DNA from: Eledone cirrhosa
Taxonomy: Eukaryota
NCBI GenBank assembly: GCA_964016885.1
Contig: OZ024741.1
Coordinates: forward strand, 307,768,001 to 307,832,000
Direction: 5' to 3'
DNA: 64,000 nt
The translations under genes were made by a program, and so were the position numbers. The notes under the pieces were generated by a model. The model was not told the DNA's origin. It did no database searches and was given only the letters and a program-made list of their open reading frames with translations. Below are positions 1-15,197 of this stretch, one piece after another. Each line of letters begins with the position of its first letter. The first letter of the stretch is position 1.

Positions 1-509
1 AGTACATGTGTTTGGTGTGGATGATAGCTCGTGGTACTGCATTTGTGAAGCCAATTTGCGCAACAGATCGAATGATCGATCTGTTGGTGGGATGCATCTG
101 AGACAATAGCAAAGCCTCCTCCCTCCAAAATAAAATGTTCATATATGTGTGCAACACGTGACGCCAGAAGCAACGAAAATGTGACCTTTATCGGTGAGAT
201 GTAGCGCGAAGAAAATGCATGACCGGCACATACCAATGGTAGGGCGAGGCAGGCAGGTGAGAGATAGAGGGAGAATTAAGGAAAAATTTGGGGAGAAAGG
301 ATATATATTTATATACAAACACATATGTTCAAAAACGCGTAAGATGCGGTTTTTTTCTTTACTGTTAAATTATGTTTTTCTTGCAGTTGTTGCTTATTAG
401 CAGTTAGACCTGACAGGCCAGACTTGAGATCAAAAGCATTCCAGCAATAAGCGGCTCGTTTCTTTAGCTTTCAGGTATCATGTTTCTAATACTGTAACAA
501 AGGCAACAA

Positions 510-660
510 ATTGGTAGAGTCGTTAGAATGTCAGATAGAAGACTTTGTAGTATTCGTTTTGACTCTCCGCGAATCTGTGATCAAAACCGCCGAGTTTTAC
601 TTTGCCTTGCATCATTTCCAGGTCGATAAAAAAAAGTACCAGTCCGGTACCAAGGTTAAT
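510..660 (+). mobile_element. Diverged copy of tRNA-derived SINE family A
   Basis: TTGGTAGAGTCGTTAGAATGTCAGA ... CCGCCGAGTTTTACTTTGCCTTGCATCATTTCCAGGTCGATAAAAAAAAGTACCAGT aligns by eye with the full copy at 57960-58150. Confidence 0.7.
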
Positions 661-1129
661 ATTTTCTCACTTCCACTCTCTCACGATCCCTCCGCTGAGA
701 TCAGATCTGGAGAGCAATAAGCTCCACCAGGTTTAAATTTCACAAATATGTAACAACGGTACCCCTACGACTACATTAAGTGCCACGGATCTATGCCTGC
801 AATACTGTACTATCCAATGCCGAAGTAGCAGATAACTTCTGATTTCAAAATATGGTGTTCTATCATCTTTTTTTTTTTCCTTGGTTCAAGTGTAGAGCGG
901 TGATTTAGAGCATAAGATTTACTAATGTCGATTGGAAGGTAGAAACGTAATGTGTATGTAAGGAGAATTTGAGTATGCTGAAGTTATATTATATATTAAT
1001 TTGTATGAGGACATTTCAGTTGTGAACTGCTGCTGCTGTGGTTGGCATGTTATAGGCGGTGTTGATGTTGATATTGGCGGTGTTAAGAGTATTGATGTTG
1101 AAGACATACAACTCATGCATATACACACT

Positions 1130-2430
<1,301 letters not shown>

Positions 2431-2779
2431 ACACAATTATAATGAGAGAGTGCATTGGGCTGGCTAAACAGAGTAGAGAAGACAGAGGAGCGTTCGTAAA
2501 AGACAAAACAATGTAAGGGCAGTAAAATTATGCAGCCGCAGTAATTATCTTGGCAGACATCTTATTTATGTCGTCATTGCAATGGTGGTTGTAAAGAGCC
2601 ATAATGATTATAATCATTACCGTCATCATTATAGTCTCCAGCATCATCATTGTCATCGTCACCATTGTCACCATGAGCGTCATCACCATCACCATTACCA
2701 TCATCAATTTCAACACCACCAGCTTACACACGCACACATATACACACACATATATATATATATATACACACGCACACAA

Positions 2780-2893
<114 letters not shown>

Positions 2894-2896
2894 TTT

Positions 2897-2927
<31 letters not shown>

Positions 2928-3009
2928 ATATATATATATAAACAAATAACGAAACAAAATTAAATTTCGTTTCGTTTGTAACTCACTTTTGTATGACTGA
3001 CGCTTAAAC

Positions 3010-3334
3010 AATTAAGTTAAAAATGTACATCCACATATGTATACTGAAATACTAGTATGCATATGAATACACACACGTGTACATATGTAGATGTACCGAG
3101 TTTTTCACTGGACACTTTACTGTGAGTGTCCAGCTATTCTGTATGTAAACACACAGACAAACCGGTTTTTAGAGTCATACTGGTTTTCGAGGAAACACCT
3201 TTCCTCTATTCTCCAGAAAGCCAGACACAGTAAAGTGTCCAGTGAAAAACTCGGTACATCTACATATGTACACGTGTGTGTATTCATATGCATACTAGTA
3301 TTTCAGTATACATATGTGGATGTACATTTTTAAC

Positions 3335-3340
<6 letters not shown>
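3010..3340. repeat. Fold-back element: perfect 115-bp inverted arms around a 101-bp spacer
   Basis: 3010-3124 (AATTAAGTTAAAAATGTACATCC...CACTTTACTGTG) is the reverse complement of 3226-3340. Confidence 0.9.
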
Positions 3341-3378
<38 letters not shown>

Positions 3379-3407
3379 TTTCTTTATGTTTACACACACT
3401 CACACAC

Positions 3408-3499
<92 letters not shown>

Positions 3500-3597
3500 G
3501 TATTTATATATTTATCCCCGACTCAACCCGGGACCTACGTATATATATATAAAATAAAATAAATAAGTCAAATATTTAAAATGTGGCTTCGTTTATT

Positions 3598-3652
3598 ACT
3601 GCTATATATATTTCGGTGACAGCCATCTTTGGCTGTGACCTCTTCAGGCAGT
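3598..3652 (-). ncRNA. Type I minimal hammerhead ribozyme motif
   Basis: Minus strand: ACUGC-CUGAAGA-GGUCACAGCCA-AAGA-UGGCUGUCACC-GAAA-UAUAUA-UA-GCAGU. 5-bp stem I, ~10-bp stem II, palindromic stem III, intact core. Confidence 0.85.
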
Positions 3653-3711
3653 CCGAATTGGTGTGGTAGAGACGGGTACACATGTTGTTCAGGTGTCTAA
3701 CTCCGTATTTC

Positions 3712-4432
3712 GGGTTGAATCGGAGGTAACCACAGTAAGTAAGGTACTCAATACAAAGCAGAGTGTAAAAGTTTTCAAATAGAAGAGCTTCTACAGGACT
3801 AGAACTGTTTCATTCGTGAGAAATCATCAGGAAGCTGCTGTTCAAGTAAATGGTAGTATTTATGTCTTTCCTTATCTGGTGGTAGGAGAGGGTGGGGATT
3901 GGGATGGGTGTAGGTCATTGGTTGAAGGATTTAAAGAAAGGGATTCATTAAAAGCTAATTCTTTAAAGCTATAATATTAACAAAGGCAGAAAGAAAACTG
4001 TAAACAAGTTCAAAATTGGAATACCACTCCTTGTTTATCTCTTAAACTAACAATGCCTGTAAGACAGGTGTCTACAGGATGGGTGGGGTTCAATGGTTTA
4101 AAGAAAAGGGAAATTCTTTAGAAGCTAATTCTTTAAGGCTAAAATGAGGGTGACAATGAGGGTGATGTATTTGTATGTATGTATGTGTTTATGTGTGTAT
4201 GTGTGTATGTACCTTTATGTATGCTTGTTGTGTGTGCGTACGTGTAAGTGTGTGTGCGTACGTGTAAGTGTGTGTACGTGTGTAAGTGGGCGCATGTGTG
4301 AATGTGTTTGTCGACACCTGGAATATATATTAAGAGAAACTTCACTATAGGGGGTTCACCCCAACACTTGAATCTATTGATGGAACCTTCTCTGCCTTTG
4401 TCACCCTCACTTTAGCCTTAAAGAATTAGCTT
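3712..4432 (-). mobile_element. Non-autonomous hammerhead-bearing repeat, copy 1, distal part inverted
   Basis: 3712-4156 is a close direct match to 11770-12190; 4262-4432 is the reverse complement of ~12150-12320. Hammerhead-like motif at 3786-3836. Confidence 0.75.
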
Positions 4433-5615
4433 ATATTCTGTTACCGGTTTCAGTCATTCGACACCGAACATGCTGGAGCAGCGCCTTCATTTAGTTGGTC
4501 ATATCGACCGCAGTTTTGGGAGCTTATTGTATTGATTGCTTTGCAAACCGCTATATTGCGGGACATAATCATAATCGAAAAACCTCACGCACACACACAC
4601 ACACACACACAAACACAAACACACACACACAAACACACTCACACACAAACACACTCACACACACACATACATACATACATAAATACATATATTTTTGATT
4701 ATATATATATATGTGGTTAACGAATACACTTCACATCCACTTGGATCAAAATTCACTCTCAATCTGCGACACCTTGGACAAGCTCGAGTTGACCACTACC
4801 TTGTGGTTGGACTATAATATATACATATATGACACGGCTATACAATTGAGGCTTGTTTGCATAATTTCAAGCGAATCGAATGTTATTATTAATATTCGAA
4901 AAACTCAGATTACATTTATTGTATTCAGCCATGTAGAGCGAAATTTTCTTTTATATATGGCCCAGGGTGTCGCACAGTGAGGATGAAACTAGATCCAAGT
5001 GCATGTGAAGTGTATTTGTTAACCACACACCCATGCCTGCGCCTATGTGTGTGTATCCGTGAGTGTTTGTTTGTATCTGTGTGTGTGTGTTTTCGTGGGT
5101 CTACGTACATATATATATATGTTAACCTAATATATTCCTTCCATATACTGTACCGATTGCGTTGTTATTTCTGTTTACCTTTTGTATATATATATATATG
5201 TGTGTGTGTGTGTATGTATATGTGTGTGAGTGTGTATGTGTGTGTATGTGTCGCGTGTGTGTGTATACCAAATGTTTTATTCAAATTTTGTAAAAATTAC
5301 AATGAAATACGAATTAACTACTGAATTTTTATTATCATTACAAAATTCTTATTAAAACAATCGTAATATAGAGAGAGCAATAACTTTAGAATTTTAATAT
5401 ATAAGCCAGAATTTGATTAAGTTCTACATAAGCTTAAAAAAAGAATTATATTATATCGATTGTATATATAATTATGAGAAAGTTAGACCATAAATTAATT
5501 AATTAATACTAATTGGTTATTATTTATTTATCAAAATCGTGTGAAAAAGCACGTTTGAACAGCATGTTTGTAATCCCATATGCACACAAATAATATACAC
5601 ATTTGTATATATACG

Positions 5616-5663
<48 letters not shown>

Positions 5664-5727
5664 CTCACAGTTGTGTGCATATGAATATATCCCTGCATAT
5701 GTATATATATGTGTGTGTATGTATGTA

Positions 5728-5825
<98 letters not shown>

Positions 5826-6797
5826 CGCACATATATGTATATACATACGCACATATATATATATATATACACATATATTTATATATATACCTACATCTAT
5901 ATATCTGTATCTGCATCTCTCTGTCTATATATACATGCATACATACATGCATACATACATATATACATACATAGTTACCTACATACATACATACATACAT
6001 ACATACATACATACATACATACATACATACATACATACATACATACACTTACCTACACTGGATTACTTGCAGCAAATAGGGAAGAGTGAACCTCAACATT
6101 TATAGCTAGTTTTATATGTTTTTGTGTAACGCTTATCAAATTCACATTCGCATTCAGATTTCTTATAAGAGTGCACTGTGCACCTACATCGCCTTTGTCT
6201 TCCTATTAAAAACCTTCAGACCCTCCAAATATTTGTTATGTTCCCTCGTAAACGCGTTCCATTCTCGTGCTCCCTTCTTTTTATGGTGTTAAAGCGTTTA
6301 ATGCTATTTTCGTGTGTTCATAGTGTTTATGGTCTTAACGGTGTTATGACGGCGTTCCTGCTCTTGGTTTAATAACACCGCAAAGCACAGAGCTTTTCTT
6401 TCTAGGTGTGTTAGAATTTGTTTGTATGTTCGTTCGTTTGTTTGTTTGTTTATATAGTATTGTCTGTTCTTTTACTTTATGCTTATTTATTTATATATTT
6501 ATTTATCGATTTATTTATTTATCTATATATTTATTGATTTATTTATATATTTATGTTTTTCTGTACGTTCAGTTTCACTTCGCGTTTTATTTTATTTGAT
6601 TTTTTTTTCTGATATACCATCATTGTTCTTTGTTCAAAGAATACAAGAAACATATATAGATCCACTTAGGAGACAGAAACGTCCGCTTGGAGGTGATGGT
6701 GGTGGTGGTGGCAGCAGTTGTAGCAGGTATGGGTGTATTTAGCATAATGGGAAAGTATTGTGTGTCTGTGAGTGGAAGCATGTGTACAACAGACACT

Positions 6798-6902
<105 letters not shown>

Positions 6903-7944
6903 ATAAATACATACATACATACATACACACATACATACGTACATAAATACATACACACATACATACGTACATAAATACATACACACATACATACGTACAT
7001 AAATACATACACACATACATACATACACGCACACGCACACATACATTTAGGTACTGAAAGTAAAATACGATGTTATCAGAAATACTAAAGCCGTCACTCG
7101 CAATTGAAGAAGTCTTGGTAACATGTACCTTGATTTCGCTAATCCATTTAGGTGACCACGTGGTTGCGAGCTGATACAGACATCCTCTTGGCCCTCTCAC
7201 TATCAATCTAGTAGAACATCTACCAGGTGACACTATTATACAACCATTGCGCTGGTAATTTTTTAAGGAGCCCCAAAAGGATTAATGGCAAGGTAGATTC
7301 TGGAGGGTGGGGGAGACAGAGCACAGAGTGTATGGATGAATTTGGCTACGTATTCTTTCCGACTCCCTAACGACTCTGCCCTCAGCTACCTTAATTGTGT
7401 CACAGAACCATATATTTTTCATCCTAACTGTAGCGAAAGTCGGCGAAGAGGCTCATTGATTAGAAGACCTCAGTATGTGTTCCAAACCTCTGCACCCTGA
7501 GTTTAAATCCGGACGAAATCAACTTTATTTTTCAACCTTTCATGGTCGATAAATAAATTACCATTCCAGTACTGTGGGTCAGTTCCTGTATACCCTGTTT
7601 GCATCTCGCATCTCTCTCCCCTCCCATATCTATCTATCTACCTTTTATCTCATCCTATCTAGCTATCTAATAATCTCTATCTCATTATTTTTGAACTGAA
7701 GAAAGATGCAGCCTACAAAGTTTTAAATGACAAACGCCTCGTCTCCATGTCGCTCCTATGACTCGTTCAGAAGCTAAGGAACACAGCATGGCAACTGTCG
7801 TTGACTTCACCATACCAATAACTTGTTTTGTACTATTCTCAACAGTGTAATGGTGATTGACTCCATTCTCCTGATCATTAGTGTTGCATATTTCTTCTGT
7901 GCGATCTCGTAATGGTGATCTGATTATTATTCTTACACTTCTAA

Positions 7945-8550
7945 GTGCGGTGGTTTGGCAGTATTAGTAGAGCGTCAGACGCCATACTTTTCAGCATAGA
8001 GTTATGACCCTTTACGCTCTGAGTTCAAATACCGCTGAGGTTAGCTTTGCCTTTCATCCTTACAGTGGAGATTGGGAGGGCGAGAGAGATGGAGGCGATG
8101 TCAGTGGGAGTTCGGCTCTTCTGTGTTCGGACCAGGTGTGCAGCCTCAGTTGTCCGTAAGGGGGTAGTGATTCATCTTTCTAATATCTAGGACACTGTAA
8201 GAAGTGCTATATACTTGTCATATTCACCAAGTGCGACAATCGGCCACACATCACAGGGGTCAACGGAAATTTATAAACAAATTTAATATTGCACATCTTA
8301 TACAAACTCTTTTGTCTGCCACTTTTTCTCTTTTTCACTTCTCATCAGTTTTCATTCTTTCTTTTTCTCATTTTTATTATTTTATCGACCCCGTAAGGAT
8401 GAAAGGCAAAGTTAATCCTGCCGAGGTTAACTTTGCTTACATCCTTACGGGGTCGATAAAATAAAGTACCAGTAACGTACTGGAATCGATTTAATCGACT
8501 TTCCCCTCCCTCCTAATTACTGGCCTTGTGCCTATATAAGAAATCATTTT
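7945..8550 (+). mobile_element. SINE family A copy, interrupted, with an inverted-duplication junction
   Basis: Head with A/B boxes (TGGCAGTATTAG, GAGTTCAAATAC) at 7945-8063. Body resumes at ~8416-8550, preceded by an inverted copy of itself (8377-8415). Confidence 0.75.
8067..8175 (+). mobile_element. 3' UTR fragment of a CRE-clade retrotransposon
   Basis: Close match to 43945-44054, which follows the CRE-type C-terminal coding remnant. Confidence 0.65.
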
Positions 8551-8700
8551 TATTACTTTGTCTTTTACTGTGTTTCTCTCTCTCTCTGTACCACCAGATA
8601 AGAGCTATTGTGGTACAATACACACTCTTTTCCCCTTCTCTCTCCCTCACTATTTCTCTCTCTATCTCTCCCCTTCTACCACCAGAAGATATGCACACAC

Positions 8701-8815
<115 letters not shown>

Positions 8816-8894
8816 GCAGAGCTCAAGCCGTTTCGACGGCTATTTCTGGACTGGTGCGCTATGGCCCATCTGGTTCCTTACCACACTTCCTTCG

Positions 8895-8925
<31 letters not shown>

Positions 8926-8926
<1 letters not shown>

Positions 8927-11750
8927 TGGAACTGCCATTTTCCTGCATGATTCCTTTACAGCAGATGGTAACACAACATTCTCCAATGGCTACTGTGAAT
9001 CAGTCACTGTGCACAACAAAGCCAATGACCTGATATTAGTTGGGCTCTATAGGCCACCACAAGCACCCATAATCTGCTTCAAAGAATGCCTCAACAGCAT
9101 TAAATGCTCTATTCAACAGTGCCATTCTAGCAACATTCTTTTGATGGGAGTCTTTAATCTACCCTGTGTCGATTGGTCTACAAACAGTTTGAAACCAGGC
9201 ACTCCAACCTCAACCATTGACAAAAAAGCAGTCGAGTCACTTCTTGACTTTATGAATGAATGAGTATTTCTTGTCCCAACTTGTCCTTGCACCCACAAGG
9301 CATCAGAAGAACATTCTGGATCTAGTTTTTAGTAACCACACTAACACTATACATAATATTACAGTGGAAAAAACCCTTCTCTCATACCATGACATGGTTC
9401 TTTGTAACCTGAGATTCCACCAGCCGAAAGCTAATCCTAGGGACTCCTTTCCAGCCCACCCGTTTGATAACATGGAACTCTATAATGCCAACTGGGATGC
9501 AATTATGAACGAACTATAACATGTTGACTGGTCTTTTACACACGCACACATTTCCACCAACATCAAAACATATTAGCAGATCTTTGCAGACACTGTCACA
9601 AATATATGTACAAAACGCACCCCGCCAAAACCTGTGAATAAAACTAAGTGCAGTATCCCCAAAAACAGAAAAACAATTATCAGAAAAATAAAAGGAACAA
9701 ACAAAAAAATTAACACACTAAAATACTGCCAACAGCAACACACACATTCGACGGCTATCACCCTGCTTGAGTAAAAAAAATATAACCTCCAGAAATGCAT
9801 GATGACCATCATCAATAACCAGAGAACAGCTGAAGAGAGGTGGGCCATTGAGAAAATCAAACTCAACCCCAAAGTGTTCTTTTCATTTGCTAAAAAACAC
9901 AAGGTCACCGTCTCCACTGTTGGTTCTCTAGTTGATGAAAATGGCACACTCCAAGACAATGCCTAAACCATGGGCGAGATACTGCAGAAACAATATTGCT
10001 CTGTTTTCAGCAATCCTGATATGGCCGATCTGGGCTGTATCAGTGATGTTAATCCCCAACACACTATATCAGACATAACGTTTGGCGCCCTTGATGTCTT
10101 AGCGGCAATAAACGAAATTAAACACAATTCAGGAGTAGGCCCCGACAGGTTCCCTGCTTGTGTCCTGAAGGTGGGTCGACACCAACTTGCATCTCCTCTT
10201 GCTAATCTGTGGAGGAACTCACTGGACACTGGCTATATTCCTGAAAACTTTCTGTCCCAGTCCGTTGTCCCAGTCTTCAAAAAGGGAAATAAGTCCCTTG
10301 CAGTGAACTACCGTCCTATCTCACTCACCTCCCTTATTATCAAGGTATTTGAGAGGGTTGTGAGATCACGAATAACCCACTTTCTTGAAAGCAACGGCCT
10401 GCTGAACTCCAACCAACATGGGTTTTGTGATGGAAAAGACTGCCTAACGCAGCTCCTACATCACTTTGACGATGTTTTGAGAGCCTTGGGAGAGGGCGCC
10501 AACACTGATGTCATCTATCTTGATGTCAGCAAGGCCTTTGACAGGGTTGATCATAAGATTCTACTGAAAAAAACTATCCAATATTGGTGTCTCTGGAAGG
10601 TTAATACAGTGGATCAAATGTTTCCTGACAGACAGACCCAACATGTAGTCGAAGGAGTAAAATCAAGCGCTGCCAAAGTCAGCAGTGGCGTCCCACAAGG
10701 CACTGTGTTGGGCCAACTTCTTTTCATCATCTACATTAATGACATTACTGACATCATCAAGCACAGCAACATATGAATCTTCGCAGATGATTCCAAGCTC
10801 CAAAGGGTCCTCAATTAGGTGGGTGACCGGCTTTGCCTTCAGTCAGATCTACTGGCTGTTAAGGCAGAGATGAATAATATGCTGTTGAATGAGGATAAAT
10901 TTGAATTAATTCACTTTGGAAAAAAGGATGCCCTGAAACTACCATACTCTCTTCCTTCGGGTGGAACTGTAGTGGCATCCAACATCAGAGACCTGGGACT
11001 AATTGAGGACAACAACATAAGCTGGGCCACTCATATAAACAGCAAAATTGACATGTCCCGCAGAATGTGTTCTTGGATTCTCAGAACATTCCAGTCGAGA
11101 GATATCCACACTGTTATCATTCTCTTCTCCACTTTTGCCCGACCCCCATCTTGAATACTGTTGTCCACTGTGGTCTCCCCACACGAAACAAAGTATCATG
11201 AAAGTTGAAGTATCCCAAAGATCGATTACAAAAAAGATAGATGGCATGACAGGCCTTGACTATTGGAGTCGATTAGAAAAGCTCAACCTTTATTCTCTCC
11301 AACGTCGCCGTGAGCGCTATATTATCTGCATGATGTGGAAAATATTCCATCAGCTTTGCCAAAATGATGTTGGCATCACTTTTAATGTACACCCAAGGCT
11401 TGAGCCCCGTGCTAACCGCCCACGACAAAAATCTCACTCACATTTCATAACAACAATACGGCACAATTATTTCACCTCAATTGCCCCTGCTTTCTTTAAC
11501 ATTAAAACACACCAAAACACATCAAAACAGAAACAGACTCCATCAAGTTCAAGTAGTCTTTGGACAAATTCCTTCAAGAAATCCCGGATAAACCTCCTAC
11601 ACCCGGATATGCCTCCGTAAACAATAACTCTCTGCTCGAGTAGGCCATGGTGCCCAAACCCTGATTTGTAAGACTTCGCCAGGTAGTGCTATTAAATTAA
11701 ACATGGCCTGGGCCAATACTGGCCGAAACCTATCAAAGTTATCAAAGTTA
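8926..11750 (+). mobile_element. Decayed, 5'-truncated CR1-group LINE (APE endonuclease plus reverse transcriptase pseudogene)
   Basis: APE motifs [18 protein letters not shown]...ILDLVFSN, LSYHDMV. RT motifs YRPISLTS, NQHGF, IYLDVSKAFDRVDH, SGVPQGTVLG, FADDSK; C-terminal LEYCCPLWSP and SLQRRRERY. Several stops and frameshifts. Tail (TATCAAAGT)x2, with (TA)n on both sides. Confidence 0.92.
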
Positions 11751-11769
11751 TATATATATAAGTTATTCT

Positions 11770-12320
11770 GGGTTGAATCAGGGGTAACCACAGTAAGTAA
11801 GGAGCTCAATACCTAGCAGAGTATAAATGTTTTAATATAGAAAAGCTTCTACAGGACTACAACTGTTTCATTCGTGAGAAATCATCAGGAAGCTGACTGT
11901 CCAAGTAAATATGGTGGTATTTATATCTTTTCTTTTCTGGTGGTAGGAGAGGGTGGGGATTGGGATGGGTGTAGGTCATTGGTTGAAGGATTTAAAGAAA
12001 AGGGAGTTCCTTAAAAGCTAATTCTTTAAAGCTATAATAATAACAAAAGCAGAAAGAATACTATAAACAAATTCAAATTGGAATACCAATCCTTGGTCAG
12101 GTATCTACAGGATGGGTGGGGTTCATTGGTATAAAGGAAAGGGAAATTATTTAGAAGCTAATCCTTTAAGGCTGAAATAAGGGTGACAAAGGCAGAAGGG
12201 GTTTTATAAGCAGGTTCAAGTGTTGGGGTGCTTCCTCTTATTGTGAAGTTTCTCTTAATTTATATTCCGGGTGTCAACAAGCACATTCACACACGCGCCC
12301 ACTTACACACGTACACACAC
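11770..12320 (-). mobile_element. Non-autonomous hammerhead-bearing repeat, copy 2
   Basis: Direct homologue of 3712-4156 and collinear version of 4262-4432. Confidence 0.75.
11844..11894 (-). ncRNA. Hammerhead ribozyme-like motif (paralogue at 3786-3836)
   Basis: Minus strand: AGCUUC-CUGAUGA-UUUC-UCAC-GAAU-GAAA-CAGUUG-UA-GUCCUGUA-GAAGCU. Core intact; stem I pairs only across an 8-nt bulge. Confidence 0.55.
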
Positions 12321-12801
12321 AAGCACACACTCACACACAGCAGGCACATACACATACAAACAAATGTGTGTTTGTATGTGTATGTCTGTGTATGTGTGTG
12401 TTCGTATGTATGTATGTTTGTGCGTGTGTGTGTATATGTGTGTATGTTTGTGTGTGAATGTATATGTGTGTATGTATGTGTGTGTCTGTATATATGTGTG
12501 TTTGTTTGTGTGTGTATATGTGTGTATATATGTGTGTCTGTATATATGTATGTTTGTCCGTGTCTGTTTGTATGCATGCGTGTATGTGTGTGTTTGTGTT
12601 GTTGCTGTTGTTGTAAACTTACATTCTCTTTGTACGCTGAACGGCGAAGTTATTTGTCTTTTTGTATTTAACTATTTAGCTGTGGAACCTGCAGACACAA
12701 TCCTTATATTACATATGTTTATGTTTCTACAGGAAAAATTATAAGTCCGAACTAAAATTATATTCTTTTAATTAATCATCCTCTTCTGTTCATTATTTTC
12801 A

Positions 12802-12839
12802 CTAGCAGAAAAACCACCCCTCGCGTGGTTTTCTGCTAG
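12802..12839. other. Short strong hairpin
   Basis: CTAGCAGAAAAACCAC-CCCTCGC-GTGGTTTTCTGCTAG: 15-bp stem with one bulge. Confidence 0.7.
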
Positions 12840-13289
12840 CATGTGTATTTTTTTATATTGATATTATACGCAAATATATATACATGTAGATATGATACAA
12901 CAAATATAATCGTAATTGACAATATACACAGAAATTGAACGAAGACTGCGTTACACTCTCTTATGTAATCAGTAACGTAATCCATGATACATAAAAAAGA
13001 GACGATATTATATATAAACAGCATTAGGAGAAAATTAGTGACAGAAATATATGAATATGTATTTAAGCGATCGTTACCGGAAGTGTTGACATTTGAAAAT
13101 GTTAAAGAAGTGAATCTTTAAATAAGTAATAAAATATATTTAATGAACAGCCACGAAATTTAGTAGATAAATTATGTAATATTCATTAATTATTTATTCA
13201 AAGTAATCCAACTTATTTTACTAAGGGGATAAAACATTATAAACCGTACGCAGTCCCGCGCTTCCTACTTTATTATAGTTTTGATTAGC

Positions 13290-13416
13290 AGCATTGACAT
13301 GCGCAGTCGGGTTGGAAGTGGTATCACGACTGGCAGTAGTAAAATCAGTCGGTTGGAGTTTGCAGACGACATGGCGTTACTTAACTCGATAGAAGGTGAT
13401 CTCCGACTTGCACTTA
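13290..13416 (+). pseudogene. Reverse transcriptase fragment of a non-LTR retrotransposon (RTE-like)
   Basis: GITTGSSKISRLEFADDMALLNSIEGDLRLAL contains the catalytic FADD motif in RTE-type context. Confidence 0.75.
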
Positions 13417-13739
13417 AAAGAGAAAAAGAAGATCTAATTGGTTTTTACTTCAGGCACAGAGTCAGTAATTTGGGGAGAGGAAAAATTTTGAATTATCCCC
13501 AGAACTTGAGTTCTACCTACTTTATTTTAACGACCCCCCCCCCCCCCCTCCCCGCCAAGGATGAATGAGAAAGTTTGATCTCGGAGGGATACGACCTCAT
13601 TTGTAAAGATCCGGAACAAATATCACAAAGCATTTGGCCCGACGCTCTAACAATTCTGCCAATCAACCTCCACCCTCTCTATTGTTATTGCTGTATTTCC
13701 GCCATTTCTCTCAAATACCCACGCTCTTTCACAGATGTC

Positions 13740-15195
13740 TTTGCGCTGCCCCCTCTCGTTCTCTACCTCTTTCTATCTGTTTCTCCTTTTCTTTCTGTCT
13801 ACTCTTCTCATTCTCTTTCTCTCCCCGCTTCTCTCTTTCTCACTCTCAACTCCTCTCATTCCCTTTTTCTCTCTGCTTCTTTCTTTTTCTCTTTTTCTAC
13901 TTCTCTCTCGGTCATTATTGATGTCACACACACACACACACACACATACACACATACACACATACACACACACTCTCTCTCTCTCTCTCTATATATATAA
14001 CTCCCTCCCTTCTCTCACATTGCCTTCCTTCTTTTCGTTCTTGCCTCGTTCCTGTCATTCTTCCAATCATTATTGTTTTTATTTAATTGATTTTTTTCTA
14101 TCATATATTGATTTCATTTCTTTTCTTTTCTTTCCTTCTTTTCTTTCTTTCTTTTCTTTTCTTTCTTTTCTTTTCTTTCTTTCTATCTTTCTTTCTTTTT
14201 TCCATCTTTATTCTTCTTTCTCTATTCACTTCTTCACTTGTCTGCGTATTTATTCGTTTCCTTCAGTCGTACTTTTATTTTATTTATTTCATTCCTTCCT
14301 TCTTTCATTTATTATTTTTTTTCAAATTATTTACAAATTTTCATTCAGTGTATCTTCCTTTCAAAAATTATTTCTTTTCTTTTCATTCATTTTCTCCTTT
14401 CGTTCATTCATTTTATTTATTCTTCCCCTCTATTCTTTCATTCTTCATTTGCTTTATTTTCTTTCATCTTTTCCTTTTTAAGTTATTCACATATTTCCTT
14501 TATTCGATCTTTCTTTCCTTTTCTACCTTTCATTCTTCCTGTCATTTCTTCATTTATTCACTCTCTCTTTACTTATTTATTTATTTCAACCTTTCTTTTT
14601 GTTCAATTTTCCTTCTTATTAATCTGTAATTCCTGTTTTCCTTCATTCTCTCTTCTATTCATTCATTTGTTTTTTCATTCTTTCATTATTTCTATAATTT
14701 ATTTAATCTTTCTTTCAATTATTCACTTTCTCTTTCATTCTTTCATTCGTATATGTTTCTTTTACTCATTAATCCTTTCTTTCATTCTTTCTCCACCTCT
14801 TTCATTGATTCATTAATCCCTTATTTCTTTTATTCTTTCTTTTGTTTATTTTTTCATTCGTTTATTCTTTAAATCCCCTATTCTAGCTTTCTATCTTCCA
14901 TTATTTCTTTCGTTCTATCATTCATTCAGTCGTTCTTTCTTTCTTTCCTTCTTTCCAATCTCTTTTTCACATCTTTACTCTCATTCATTATTTCCTTCAT
15001 TCATTCATTCAATCTTTCATTCATTCATTATTTCTGGCTATTCACTCATCCTTTCATCATTCATTCTTTCTTTCATCCATTTATTCATTCTTTCGTTATT
15101 TATTTAATTTATCCTTCCTTTCATTACCTTTCTTCTCTCTTATTCTCTGTCTTCTTCTATTTTCTTCCTCTGTCGCCTTTCTAGCCTGTCATTCT
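13740..15195. repeat. Pyrimidine-rich low-complexity tract (degenerate TTTC/TTCA)
   Basis: About 1.4 kb of TTTC/TTCA/TTTA variants; the F/S/L-rich ORFs here are artefacts. Confidence 0.9.
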
Positions 15196-15197
15196 CT

